A stretch of 64,000 nt of DNA from an uncultured Bacteroidales bacterium (lineage in GTDB: Bacteria > Bacteroidota > Bacteroidia > Bacteroidales > UBA932): positions 2,812 through 66,811 of the forward strand of contig CAMKQN010000004.1 in the NCBI GenBank assembly GCA_946414935.1. The letters are read 5' to 3'. The notes under the pieces were generated by a model. The model was given only the letters and a program-made list of their open reading frames with translations, did not search any database and had not been told where the DNA came from. The position numbers and the translations under genes were made by a program. Of this stretch, positions 48,095 to 57,909 are shown in pieces (position 1 is the stretch's first letter; every line of letters begins with the position of its first letter).

Positions 48095-49398
48095 CAGTTG
48101 TCTTCTAAAGTGTGAATTGCAAGCCCGGAACGGAGCTTAGGCTCGAACCATGTAGTCTTGGGAGGCATTATATTGCCGGTGTCGGCAATATTGATAAGCT
48201 GCTGCATAGAGACCGGATAGAGGGCGAATGCAACTTTCATCTCGCCGCTGTCCACCCTGCGTGACAACTCCTCGAGGCCACGGATTCCGCCCACGAAATC
48301 GATTCGCTTATCTGTACGGAGATCCTTGATACCCAATATCTTATCCAGCACCAGATTGGAGAGGATGGTGACGTCCAGGACGCCTATGGGGTCGCTGTCG
48401 TCGTACCTGCCGGGCTTGGCGGTAAGGCTGTACCATACCCCTTCGAAGTACATGGAGAAATTGTGAAGCCCGCAGGGCTTGTAAACCTGGGAGCACTTGC
48501 AATGGCAGGGATATTCACAGTCGCACTTGCCGCCGTCTTTCGTGCAATCGCACTTACATTCAATCTCGAAATCTTTTCCGAGCGCCTCGAAGAACTCTTT
48601 GGCGCTAAGACCGTTGAGGTCCCGGACGACACGGTTGTAGTCTATTATCTTCAACTGGCTCTCGGGGAAGCAGACTGCCATGAAGTAATTGTATTCTTCA
48701 TTGCCGGTGTGAGCTGGATTCTGAGCCTTCTTTTCTGCGCCTACCCGGGCAGCGGCGGCGGTACGGTGGTGACCGTCAGCAACATAGAAGGCCTCTATGT
48801 CGTTTGTGAAAACTTCGGTGATGCGGGCGTTTACGGCATCGTCGTCAATCACCCAGAAAATATGCTCGAAGCCGTTTTCGTCGGTAAATCTGTATTCGGG
48901 CTCGCCTGCAGCCGTATTCCGGATGATGCGGCCGAGTTCCTCGTTGTCTTTGAAAGCGAAGAAAACCGGCTCTATATTGGCGTTCTGGATGCGTACGTGC
49001 ACCATACGGTCGTCTTCCTTGTCTTTGCGAGTCAGCTCGTGCTTCTTTATAATGCCGGCAGCATAATCGTCGGTATGGGCGCAAAGGACTATGCCGTACT
49101 GGGTACGGCCGTCCATCGTCTGGGCATATACATAATACTTCTCCTTGTCTTCGCGGACCAGCCACCCGTTTTTCTGCCAGGTCTTGAAATTTTCCACGGC
49201 TCTGTCGTAGGTACGCTGTTCGTGTTCGCCGGCGATAGGGTCGAAATCTATCTCGGGCTTGGTAATGTGCAGCAAAGACTTCTCGCCCGCCATTTTGCGG
49301 GCTTCTGCTGAATTCAAAACATCATAAGGAGGCGCAGCCACTTCGGTGACGATGCTGCGTGGAGGTCGTAATGCTGAAAAAGGTTTTACTCGTACCAT
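48094..49398 (-). CDS. DUF1015 family protein
   Basis: PPYDV, IKKHELTR, YVADGHHR, MPPKTTWFEPKLRSGL; start reassigned to ATG 49398. Confidence 0.88.
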   Translation of the reverse strand: MVRVKPFSALRPPRSIVTEVAAPPYDVLNSAEARKMAGEKSLLHITKPEIDFDPIAGEHEQRTYDRAVENFKTWQKNGWLVREDKEKYYVYAQTMDGRTQYGIVLCAHTDDYAAGIIKKHELTRKDKEDDRMVHVRIQNANIEPVFFAFKDNEELGRIIRNTAAGEPEYRFTDENGFEHIFWVIDDDAVNARITEVFTNDIEAFYVADGHHRTAAAARVGAEKKAQNPAHTGNEEYNYFMAVCFPESQLKIIDYNRVVRDLNGLSAKEFFEALGKDFEIECKCDCTKDGGKCDCEYPCHCKCSQVYKPCGLHNFSMYFEGVWYSLTAKPGRYDDSDPIGVLDVTILSNLVLDKILGIKDLRTDKRIDFVGGIRGLEELSRRVDSGEMKVAFALYPVSMQQLINIADTGNIMPPKTTWFEPKLRSGLAIHTLEDN

Positions 49399-49419
49399 GA
49401 TTTCGGTTATTAATTCTAC

Positions 49420-49451
49420 CGAAGGTACGAACATTTTATTTAAAAAGCAAA
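49420..49451 (-). promoter_or_regulatory. Promoter for the DUF1015-recQ-dnaG-metG run
   Basis: TTTG-N20-TACCTTCG on - strand. Confidence 0.55.
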
Positions 49452-49458
49452 CGGAAAA

Positions 49459-49998
49459 TCAATTCTCGTCTTCGTCGTAGATTATTTCTTCCTTTTCGTC
49501 ATCGTCGTCTCCGGCATCGTCATCTTCGTCCTCGTCGTCATCCTCATCCCCGCCGGGAATACCGGGAAGCTTGCGGTGCTGCTGAGGCAGGTCTTCGAAG
49601 GCCACGTAACCATTCTCGAACTCCAGGGGGACAGGTCCCTTGGTATCCACGATGACAGGCGCGGGGACGCTTCCGGGTTCTTCGGCTTCCAAGGTGATTA
49701 TCACGCTCTTGCGAGCTGCTATGTCATAGAAGTATTCAAAACGGACTATTCCGTCTTTCACGGTTTTGGCTACGGAAACCGCGTCCACGGTGCCGAAGCC
49801 GAGGTCCTGCAGGGCATAGCGCGCAGCCACATTGTCCTCCGCATCGAAAGCCTTGAAGAGTATGGGCTGATCTACAGTAAATTCAAGATCTGCGCGAAGC
49901 TGCTTGTGGAAGGTGTAAAGAGAGTGGTTTCCGTTAATCTTATACACCCTGTAAAAGCCCTTTATACCTTTGAGAGTAACCCTGTAAGTGTACACCAT
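49459..49998 (-). CDS. Hypothetical protein, pRiA4b ORF-3-like, with acidic tail
   Basis: N-terminal FYRVYKI...LYTFH, FEYFYD, D/E-rich C-terminus as in Bacteroidales homologs; start reassigned to ATG 49998; TATCTTCG box at 50032-50025. Confidence 0.65.
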   Translation of the reverse strand: MVYTYRVTLKGIKGFYRVYKINGNHSLYTFHKQLRADLEFTVDQPILFKAFDAEDNVAARYALQDLGFGTVDAVSVAKTVKDGIVRFEYFYDIAARKSVIITLEAEEPGSVPAPVIVDTKGPVPLEFENGYVAFEDLPQQHRKLPGIPGGDEDDDEDEDDDAGDDDDEKEEIIYDEDEN

Positions 49999-50167
49999 AA
50001 TAGTCTTTTCACAAATTGAATATGCGAAGATACAAAAAAAACCGGCAGTTTTTGTATATCTTGGAAAAATGATTTGACACTTTATGAGCACCTGCCGGTC
50101 CCGGTTTGCTGGTAAGAGCATTTTATTTCAATGATTATTCACGTAGAATCCTTATCTTTGGCATCCG

Positions 50168-50764
50168 ATGAGCGATATTTACAAAAGTATTTCATCCCGG
50201 GGCCAAGGGCTGTACAAGGACAGCGGCAGCCGCTTCATTGCTTTCGCCATACCCGTAGAAACCGACGATGAGGTACGGGAGCTGGTTTCCGGCTTCCGCA
50301 AGGAGTATCACGACGCACGGCACCACTGCTACGCTTACCGCATAGGCGCCAAGGGCGAAACCTGGCGTGCCAGCGACGACGGAGAGCCGTCCGGCACCGC
50401 CGGGAGGCCTATCCTGGGCCAGATAGACTCCGCGGGGCTAAGCGACATACTGATTGTGGTGGTACGCTACTTCGGAGGCATAAAACTGGGTGTGCCGGGG
50501 CTTATCAAAGCTTATAAAAGCGCAACAGCAGACGCTCTCGCAAACGCGCCGGTGTGCAAAAAAATCGCAGGCGACTGGTACCGGATAGGCTTCGGCTATG
50601 ATGCGATGCCTCAGGTGATGAAAATGGTGAAGGACCTGGACCTGCCCCAAAGGAACAGGGAATTCGGCAGCGACTGCAGCATGGAACTCAGGGTGAGGTG
50701 CAGTCTGAGAGAAGATTTTTTGGAAAGAACGAGTACAATCTGTACTTTTGTAGACTTATTATAA
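50168..50764 (+). CDS. yigZ: YigZ/IMPACT family protein
   Basis: SRFIAFA, ARHHCYAY, DDGEPSGTAG, VRYFGGIKLG. Confidence 0.93.
   Translation: MSDIYKSISSRGQGLYKDSGSRFIAFAIPVETDDEVRELVSGFRKEYHDARHHCYAYRIGAKGETWRASDDGEPSGTAGRPILGQIDSAGLSDILIVVVRYFGGIKLGVPGLIKAYKSATADALANAPVCKKIAGDWYRIGFGYDAMPQVMKMVKDLDLPQRNREFGSDCSMELRVRCSLREDFLERTSTICTFVDLL
50719..50750 (+). promoter_or_regulatory. serC promoter embedded in the yigZ 3' end
   Basis: TTTG-N20-TACTTTTG, full -33/-7 consensus, 23 nt upstream of the serC ATG. Confidence 0.7.
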
Positions 50765-50773
50765 AATAACACT

Positions 50774-51850
50774 ATGGCTAACAAAGTTCACGTTTTCAAT
50801 GCCGGCCCCTGCCTCCTGCCGCAGGTAGCCATCGACAATTCTATCGAAGCCTTGAAGGATTTCGCAGGCACGGGTGTATCCCTCATTTCCATTTCCCACC
50901 GCACCAAGGAGTGGGATGCTGTGATGGACGAATGCCGCGCTCTCTGGAAAGAGCTGCTTAATATACCCGACGATTATGAGGTAGTATTCCTGGGCGGCGG
51001 CGCCAGTATGGGATTCCTCTATGTAGCGATGAACTTCCTGGAGAAGAAGGCCGCTTATCTGGACACAGGCGTATGGGCCCACAAGGCCCTCAAGGAAGCC
51101 CAGGGACTTGGCGACGCCTATGCTGTCGCTTGTTCCAAAGACCGCAACTATTGCTATATTCCCAAGGGCTACGAAATCCCTAAAGATATTGATTATCTGC
51201 ATATTACAACCAACAACACCATATACGGCACGGAAATCAGAACAGATTTTGACTGCCCCGTCCCCCTTATCGCCGACATGTCTTCCGACATTCTCAGCCG
51301 CAAGCTTGACGTGAGCAAATACGCTATGATTTACGGCGGTGCCCAGAAGAACGCGGGCCCTGCCGGCGTCACTTTCTACATTATACGCAAGGACATGCTG
51401 GGCAAGGTGAGCCGTTACATTCCCACCATGCTCGACCTCCGCACCCACATCGACAAGCTATCCATGTTCAATACCCCTCCCGTGTTCTCCATCTTCGTGA
51501 TGAACGAAACGTTGAAGTGGCTCAAGGGCATAGGCGGCCTGGATGCGATTCATGCCATCGACCAGAAAAAGGCCGACACGCTGTATGCCGAGATTGACCG
51601 CAACAGTCTCTTCCGCGGCACAGCCGACAAGGAAGACCGCTCCATTATGAACGTGTGCTTCGTTCCCGCGGAAGGCCATGAAGACATCCAGGATGAATTC
51701 CTCGCCTTCGCCAAGCAGCGCGGCATGATAGGTCTCAAGGGACACCGCTCCGTGGGCGGATTCCGCGCCTCCCTTTACAACGCTTGTACCCAGGAAGACG
51801 TAGAAGCTCTGGTGGCCTGTATGCAAGAATTCGAAAAACTTCACATTTAA
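50774..51850 (+). CDS. serC: Phosphoserine aminotransferase
   Basis: FNAGP, SHR, DMSS, GAQKN (PLP Lys), [18 protein letters not shown]. Confidence 0.96.
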   Translation: MANKVHVFNAGPCLLPQVAIDNSIEALKDFAGTGVSLISISHRTKEWDAVMDECRALWKELLNIPDDYEVVFLGGGASMGFLYVAMNFLEKKAAYLDTGVWAHKALKEAQGLGDAYAVACSKDRNYCYIPKGYEIPKDIDYLHITTNNTIYGTEIRTDFDCPVPLIADMSSDILSRKLDVSKYAMIYGGAQKNAGPAGVTFYIIRKDMLGKVSRYIPTMLDLRTHIDKLSMFNTPPVFSIFVMNETLKWLKGIGGLDAIHAIDQKKADTLYAEIDRNSLFRGTADKEDRSIMNVCFVPAEGHEDIQDEFLAFAKQRGMIGLKGHRSVGGFRASLYNACTQEDVEALVACMQEFEKLHI

Positions 51851-51858
51851 GGAGCATT

Positions 51859-52779
51859 ATGAAAGTATTGGTTGCAACACAGAAGCCTTTCGCGGCCGTT
51901 GCCGTGAACGGTATAAGAGAAATACTCGAAGCCGCCGGACACGAGGTCTGCGTCTTCGAAAAATATGAAGCACAGGCCGACCTGGTAGCTGCAGTAGCAG
52001 ATGCCGATGGTCTGATCATACGCTCGGACAAGGTTACCGCAGAGGTAATGGCCGCAGCGCCCAAGCTCAAGATAGTGGTGCGCGCCGGCGCAGGATTCGA
52101 CAATGTTGACCTGGCAGCCGCCAGCGCACGCGGCATCGTGGTCATGAACACCCCGGGCCAGAATTCCAACGCCGTAGCCGAGCTCGCCGTGGCAATGATG
52201 ATTTATATGGCCCGCACGCAGTTCACGCCCGCCACCGGCAGCGAAATCTCCGGAAAGCGCCTGGGAGTACAGGCTTACGGCAACGTGGGACGTCTCGTAG
52301 GGCAGAAGGCCCGCGCCCTCGGCATGAAAATCAGCGCCCTGGATCCTTTCCTGAGCGATGAGCAGATAGTTGCCGGCGGAGCGGATCCGGTACATTCTGT
52401 AGAAGAACTCTACGCTTGCAGCGACTTCCTTTCCATCCACATTCCGGCCCTCCCCTCCACTATCAAGAGCATAGGATACGACCTCATTACGCGTATGCCC
52501 AAGGGAGCGACCCTTGTCAATACCGCCCGCAAGGAAGTTATCGATGAGGAGGGACTGGAAAAGGCACTGGAGGAGCGTCCGGACCTGAAATACGTTACCG
52601 ATGTGATGCCGGACAACTATGCCGCCCTGCGCGAGAAATTCGGTCTCCGCGTGTTCGCGACTCCCAAGAAGATGGGGGCACAGACATCCGAGGCCAACAT
52701 CAATGCCGGACTCGCAGCAGCCCGCCAGATTGCGGATTACTTTGCTACCGGCAATGTAAAGTTCCAGGTAAACCGCTGA
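51859..52779 (+). CDS. serA: D-3-phosphoglycerate dehydrogenase (short form, no ACT domain)
   Basis: RAGAGFDNVD, NTPGQNSNAVAE, VNTAR, KMGAQT; adjacent to serC; ATG 51859. Confidence 0.9.
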   Translation: MKVLVATQKPFAAVAVNGIREILEAAGHEVCVFEKYEAQADLVAAVADADGLIIRSDKVTAEVMAAAPKLKIVVRAGAGFDNVDLAAASARGIVVMNTPGQNSNAVAELAVAMMIYMARTQFTPATGSEISGKRLGVQAYGNVGRLVGQKARALGMKISALDPFLSDEQIVAGGADPVHSVEELYACSDFLSIHIPALPSTIKSIGYDLITRMPKGATLVNTARKEVIDEEGLEKALEERPDLKYVTDVMPDNYAALREKFGLRVFATPKKMGAQTSEANINAGLAAARQIADYFATGNVKFQVNR

Positions 52780-52780
52780 T

Positions 52781-54925
52781 TTGAAGATTGTTAAGTACAT
52801 AATTACCAGCCTTGCTGCCGTATTCTTTACGGCAGCAGGCGTTTCTGCCCAGGTAGTTGAGAAGCGCGACACGCTGGATACTTCTTACGTGACCGCGGTG
52901 AAGGAAAAGATGCGCAACACCACCCAGACCGGCCTCATGAGGCTGGACGGGGCGAAGCTGCGCAGCACCGTCGCCGCCTTCGGCACGCCGGACCTCATCA
53001 AAAGCCTGCAGATGCTGCCGGGGGTAGCGGCGGGCAACGAACTCATGTCGGGACTCTATGTGCACGGCGGAGACGGCAACGACAACCTTTTCCTGCTGGA
53101 CGGGGTGCCGCTGTACAACATCAGCCACTTCGGAGGCTTCTTTTCGAGTTTCAACACGGACGTAGTAGAGAACCTGGACTTCTACAAGAGCGGCTTCCCG
53201 GCACGCTACGGCGGCAGGCTTTCTTCCGTCGTGGACGTGGAAACGGCCGAGGGGAACATGGAAAGGTACCACGGCTATTTCTCCCTCGGATTGATAGACG
53301 GACGCATTCAGGTTGAAGGCCCCGTCATCAAGAACAAGACGTCGTTCAATTTCGGACTGCGCCGATCCTGGATGGATGTGGTGACCGTCCCCGCGTTGAT
53401 GTACGCCAATTACAAGAACCACAACAACCCCAAGGCCAACGGCGGGTATGCGATGTGGGACATGAACGTCAGAATCACCCACAAACTGTCCGACAAAAGC
53501 AAGCTGAACGCCAATTTCTACTGGGGGAACGACCGCATCAGGGCTGGTCTGGTGCAGAAAGATACCACCAGCCTAATGGACATAGGGATGCGGTCCACCT
53601 GGGGGTCGCTTACCTCCTCCGTATCGTGGGATGCCAAGTATTCCGATAAGACCAACGGCAAGCTGCTTGCCTACTACAGCCGGAGCGGTTCCGACATAGG
53701 CTATACCTTCGACATAGGCGCGGTGAAAGACGGCGAAGAACAGTCCATGCTGTATTTCAACGACGACAATATCTGCAAGGTGCAGGATGTAGGACTGAAA
53801 TACGACATGAACTGGTATCCAAGCAGTTCGCATCATGTGCGTACCGGAGCTTCAGTCGCCTGGCACGGATACGAGACGGGCCGGCAATATGAGCAGAAAG
53901 GCAGTCTGTTCGACATGCTCGGCAGCGGCGGAGACAATAAAGACGACAACAAAGTCGGAGAAAGCTACACGGCATGGGAACCGGCCGTGTATATGGAAGA
54001 CGAATTCTTCATCACCTACAATTTCACCCTCAACGCGGGGGTGCGGCTGTCGCTCTTCGGCACTCCCCGGAAAACCTGGGGTTCCATAGAGCCGAGGGCG
54101 GCATTCAAGTGGCTGATTACAAACGATATATGCGCCAAGCTGTCGTACACCCGCATGAGTCAGTACATACATCTGGTATCGGCGATGTACATAGATCTGC
54201 CCACCAACAGCTGGATGCCGTCCACCCCGGAAGCCGGCCCCATGGTATCCGACCAGATAGCCGGCGGCATCTATTTCACGCCGGGCAATTTCAAGATTAA
54301 CCTGGAGGGCTGGTACAAGACCATGGACGGAATGCTGGCGTACAACGGCGCCAACGCCTTCTATCCCCCGCTGGTCAATTGGGAAAAGTCTTTCACTTCC
54401 GGCAAGGGCAAGTCCTACGGCATGGAGTTCGAAACCACCTACAGCGTTCCGAAGCTGGAACTGTCCGCCTACTATACCTTGAGCTGGACCTTCAGGGAGT
54501 TCGCGGCGTTCTCCATGTTCCCGTTCCCGGACCGCAACGACAACCGCCACAAGGTGAACCTGGTGGGAAACTGGAACTTCGCCAAAGGATGGTTCCTTTC
54601 GTTCAACTGGAACTGGCACAGCGGCAACCGTATAACCCTGCCCAGCCATGTAATCACAGGGGAAGAGAACTCCAGCAGCTTCGCATATGAATCTCCGTTC
54701 AATGCAAAACTGCCCGATTACCACAGGCTGGATGCCAGCGTGGAGCGTAAATGGAGCTTGAAAAACGGACATTTCCTCAACCTGACACTCAGCGTGTACA
54801 ACCTGTACAACCACATGAACGCATCTTTCGCGATGCTAGACGAGGATGAAAAAGGCAACTACAGGGGAATGGCTTACGGACTGATCCCCATTATTCCGAC
54901 ATTCAGCGTGAGCTACAAATTCTGA
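52781..54925 (+). CDS. TonB-dependent receptor
   Basis: Signal peptide; plug LQMLPGV, YGGRLSSV; LPDYHRLD, YNLYN, terminal YKF; TTG start. Confidence 0.9.
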   Translation: MKIVKYIITSLAAVFFTAAGVSAQVVEKRDTLDTSYVTAVKEKMRNTTQTGLMRLDGAKLRSTVAAFGTPDLIKSLQMLPGVAAGNELMSGLYVHGGDGNDNLFLLDGVPLYNISHFGGFFSSFNTDVVENLDFYKSGFPARYGGRLSSVVDVETAEGNMERYHGYFSLGLIDGRIQVEGPVIKNKTSFNFGLRRSWMDVVTVPALMYANYKNHNNPKANGGYAMWDMNVRITHKLSDKSKLNANFYWGNDRIRAGLVQKDTTSLMDIGMRSTWGSLTSSVSWDAKYSDKTNGKLLAYYSRSGSDIGYTFDIGAVKDGEEQSMLYFNDDNICKVQDVGLKYDMNWYPSSSHHVRTGASVAWHGYETGRQYEQKGSLFDMLGSGGDNKDDNKVGESYTAWEPAVYMEDEFFITYNFTLNAGVRLSLFGTPRKTWGSIEPRAAFKWLITNDICAKLSYTRMSQYIHLVSAMYIDLPTNSWMPSTPEAGPMVSDQIAGGIYFTPGNFKINLEGWYKTMDGMLAYNGANAFYPPLVNWEKSFTSGKGKSYGMEFETTYSVPKLELSAYYTLSWTFREFAAFSMFPFPDRNDNRHKVNLVGNWNFAKGWFLSFNWNWHSGNRITLPSHVITGEENSSSFAYESPFNAKLPDYHRLDASVERKWSLKNGHFLNLTLSVYNLYNHMNASFAMLDEDEKGNYRGMAYGLIPIIPTFSVSYKF

Positions 54926-54930
54926 CAGGC

Positions 54931-56145
54931 ATGAAGAAGACGCTCTTACTTTTCGCTTTTGCAGCCCTGCTCTGCTCATGCGAGATTCCTTTTGACATAA
55001 AGGACATCTCGGAGCCGCGCTTCATGATTGAGTGCGTGCCTATCCCGGGGGATGAAAGCTTTGATGTGAAAGTATCTTACGCAGACCCTGCTTTCGGCTC
55101 CAAAATCAAGACTCCTTACAGCTTCAAGAGCGAAGACATAAGCATAAGGGCGAAAGGCAAAGAACTGAATACCAAGGCTTTGGAATGGACGCAAGAAGGC
55201 AGTTCAACCACTGCGTCCGTACGCTTGGGACTGGCTCCGGGAGACGAAGTTGAAATAAGCGTAAGCGGCGGTTCCGTTCCTACCGCTTCTTCCTCCACCG
55301 TGATTCCGGAAATCCCTGTAATATCTTCCATAGACATCAGCAAATCCAGCGACAAAGAGAATGCGGAGGGCAGGCGCTTCGTGCTGAAACTTGGCAAAGC
55401 AGTGGAGGAAGGAGAGTACTACGGTCTCAAGATTACCATCCAGGAAGAATTGTATTTTGCTACCCTGGACATGGGCATGCCCCCATCCATAGTGGTCGAT
55501 ACTACCTTCTATTCCTATTCCACTACGCCCGGCCAGATAGCCTCCATGTCCGATATCAACAATCTTGACCTGGACGCTTTCGCTCAGGTGAATTACAGCT
55601 ACGGCGGCCTGGTCAACAGCAATATAGTCAACTTTTCTCCCGTTTCCCTGCTTACCGAAAGGCAGTTCAGCAAAGACACCTACTCTTTCTACGTGAATGC
55701 CGGCGGCGATATATTCGATATAGATTTCCCCATGCCGGAAGATACGGAAGATCCTTGGTTTCCAGAAGAGCCTGAAGAGCCGGAGCAGCCGGAAGAACCG
55801 GAGGAACCAGGTGAGCCGGAAGAACCGGGAGAGCCCGAAATACCTTCCGTCCCGATAGGCAGCAAAACCTTCTATACCATTGAGTTGTACCGTCTGAGCG
55901 ACGAACTTTACAACTATTGTAAAGCCCAGTACCTCCAAAACTTCAATTTGCTTTCCAATTTCGGTGTCACGCCTCCCAACTTCACTTACACCAATGTCTT
56001 CCATGGCTTGGGAATAGTGGGCGGACTGGCGCGATGCAGTGTAGAAAGGATTCCGGACCCCCTAAACAAGGATCCCGAGGTACCCGACTTGCTGGATTTC
56101 CTGAAGATGATTGCCGAGCTTGACCAGGGCGCCGGCACTAAATGA
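54931..56145 (+). CDS. DUF4249-like lipoprotein partner of the TonB-dependent receptor
   Basis: Lipobox LCSC; C-terminal YTNVFHGLGIVGG; follows receptor. Confidence 0.75.
   Translation: MKKTLLLFAFAALLCSCEIPFDIKDISEPRFMIECVPIPGDESFDVKVSYADPAFGSKIKTPYSFKSEDISIRAKGKELNTKALEWTQEGSSTTASVRLGLAPGDEVEISVSGGSVPTASSSTVIPEIPVISSIDISKSSDKENAEGRRFVLKLGKAVEEGEYYGLKITIQEELYFATLDMGMPPSIVVDTTFYSYSTTPGQIASMSDINNLDLDAFAQVNYSYGGLVNSNIVNFSPVSLLTERQFSKDTYSFYVNAGGDIFDIDFPMPEDTEDPWFPEEPEEPEQPEEPEEPGEPEEPGEPEIPSVPIGSKTFYTIELYRLSDELYNYCKAQYLQNFNLLSNFGVTPPNFTYTNVFHGLGIVGGLARCSVERIPDPLNKDPEVPDLLDFLKMIAELDQGAGTK
55762..55839 (+). repeat. 9-nt-period coding repeat (P-E/G-E/Q)n
   Basis: PEEPEEPEQPEEPEEPGEPEEPGEPE. Confidence 0.85.
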
Positions 56146-57871
56146 TTTCTTCCCTTTCGCGCAGGTCTTTCACCCGAAGCTGGATGGTAGAATTGCCCCT
56201 GTAATAGTTTTCAACTATGGAGTAACACACATCCAGGGGATTTCCGGATTTGATATAGTCGTAGTATTCAGCCATATTGAATGCTATAGCAGCTATCTGG
56301 TGGTATGGCTGCGACTCCTGGATCAGGTCCAGTTTCAGATGCACTCCGCCGGCTCCTACCTTACGTCCGTTTCCTGCGTCGTAGATATTCTCGGTCATGA
56401 AAACCGGGTTGCCGTTGCCCGGGCCGAAAGGCTGGAACTGCTTGAGGATGCGGAAGAATTTGGGCGTAATCTGGGAGAAGTCCAGCTTGGCATCTATGTC
56501 CACTACCGGCACCAGCATTTCGGCAGTAATCTTGCCGGCTATGAAACTGTCTAAGCGGCGGGAGAATTCTTCCAGGTTCTCTTCCTTGAGAGTAAGACCT
56601 GCGGCGTAAACGTGGCCACCGAAATTCTCCAGCAGGTCCGCGCAGCTCTCAATGGCTTCATACAGGTCGAAACCGGCGATACTGCGGGCGGAACCGGTGA
56701 CAAAGCCGTTGGACTTGGTGAGTACGACCGTAGGCTTGTAGTAAGCTTCCACAAGACGCGAGGCTACGATACCTACTATACCCTTGCTCCAGCGGGGATT
56801 GTACACCACGGTGGCGTTTTCCCTGGCCAGGCACTTGCCGCTTTCCACCATTTCCAGTGCCTCGCGGGTAATCTCCCTATCGATATTCTTTCGCTCGTTG
56901 TTGTTCTCGTTGATCTTTTCCCCAATCAGCATAGCCTCGTTAACGTCCTGTGCTGTAAGTAGTTCTACCGCAAGACGCCCGGACTCCATACGACCGGCGG
57001 CATTGATTCTGGGACCAATTTTGAAAACTATGTCGTCGATGGAGATATGCCCCGGCTCCAGATTGGAGAGGTTAATCATCGCGAGCAGCCCCTTGTGAGG
57101 GTTCTCGTTAAGCTGCTTGAGGCCGAAATGGGCAAGGGTGCGGTTCTCCCCTACCATAGTCACCAGGTCGGAGGCAATGCTCACCACGAGCAGGTCCAGC
57201 AACGGGATCAGGCTCTCGAAAGGCACCCCGTATCGGGCTGAATATGCCTGGACGAGCTTGAATCCCACGCCGCAGCCGGACAGGTCGTCGAAGGGATAGA
57301 AGCAATCTTCACGCTTAGGATCCAGGACGGCGACGGCAGCGGGAAGATGATCTTCCGGGAGGTGGTGGTCGCAGATAATCATATCCACACCCTTAGACTT
57401 GGCGTACTCCGCCTTGTCTATGGCCTTGATGCCGCAGTCCAGAGTGATGATGAGACCGAATCCCCCCTCGAACGCCCAGTCTATTCCCTTATATGATACG
57501 CCATAGCCTTCATCGTAGCGGTCAGGGATATAGAAATCCACGTTGGGAGTGAAGCGGCGGATGAAAGAAAACACAAGAGCCACGGCGGTAGTGCCGTCCA
57601 CGTCGTAATCTCCGTAAACGAGAATTTTCTCCCCCGAACTTATGGCAGAGTGGAGCCGTTCCACTGCAGCATCCATGTCGGTCATCAGGAACGGGTCGTG
57701 AAGGTCGGCCAGATTGGGGCGGAAAAACGAGCGGGCTTGTTCGAAGGTCTCCACGCCGCGCTTCACCAGAAGCTCGGCAAGAACACGGTCGATTCCGACT
57801 TCGGTGGCGAGTTTCTCCACCTTGGCAGGATCGGCCTGTTCCATCAGATTCCATTTCTTTTCCGCACCCAT
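56138..57871 (-). CDS. recJ: ssDNA-specific exonuclease RecJ
   Basis: YGDYDVDG, EGYG, DCG, DHH, PRINAAGR, GSARS, GGH..AAG, PFGPGN. Confidence 0.96.
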   Translation of the reverse strand: MGAEKKWNLMEQADPAKVEKLATEVGIDRVLAELLVKRGVETFEQARSFFRPNLADLHDPFLMTDMDAAVERLHSAISSGEKILVYGDYDVDGTTAVALVFSFIRRFTPNVDFYIPDRYDEGYGVSYKGIDWAFEGGFGLIITLDCGIKAIDKAEYAKSKGVDMIICDHHLPEDHLPAAVAVLDPKREDCFYPFDDLSGCGVGFKLVQAYSARYGVPFESLIPLLDLLVVSIASDLVTMVGENRTLAHFGLKQLNENPHKGLLAMINLSNLEPGHISIDDIVFKIGPRINAAGRMESGRLAVELLTAQDVNEAMLIGEKINENNNERKNIDREITREALEMVESGKCLARENATVVYNPRWSKGIVGIVASRLVEAYYKPTVVLTKSNGFVTGSARSIAGFDLYEAIESCADLLENFGGHVYAAGLTLKEENLEEFSRRLDSFIAGKITAEMLVPVVDIDAKLDFSQITPKFFRILKQFQPFGPGNGNPVFMTENIYDAGNGRKVGAGGVHLKLDLIQESQPYHQIAAIAFNMAEYYDYIKSGNPLDVCYSIVENYYRGNSTIQLRVKDLREREEII

Positions 57872-57877
57872 AGCTCA

Positions 57878-57909
57878 CAAATATATAAAAACTTGAAGAC
57901 TTTCACAAA
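57878..57909 (-). promoter_or_regulatory. recJ promoter
   Basis: TTTG-N20-TATATTTG ending 6 nt before the ATG. Confidence 0.7.

Noticed and set aside
49459-49998. pRiA4b ORF-3-like gene as plasmid or IS marker
   Set aside because: Chromosomal homologs are usual in Bacteroidales; flanked by housekeeping genes, no transposase
51849-51854. AAGGAG Shine-Dalgarno-like hexamer before serA
   Set aside because: Single instance, 4-nt spacing, partly the serC stop codon; chance is sufficient
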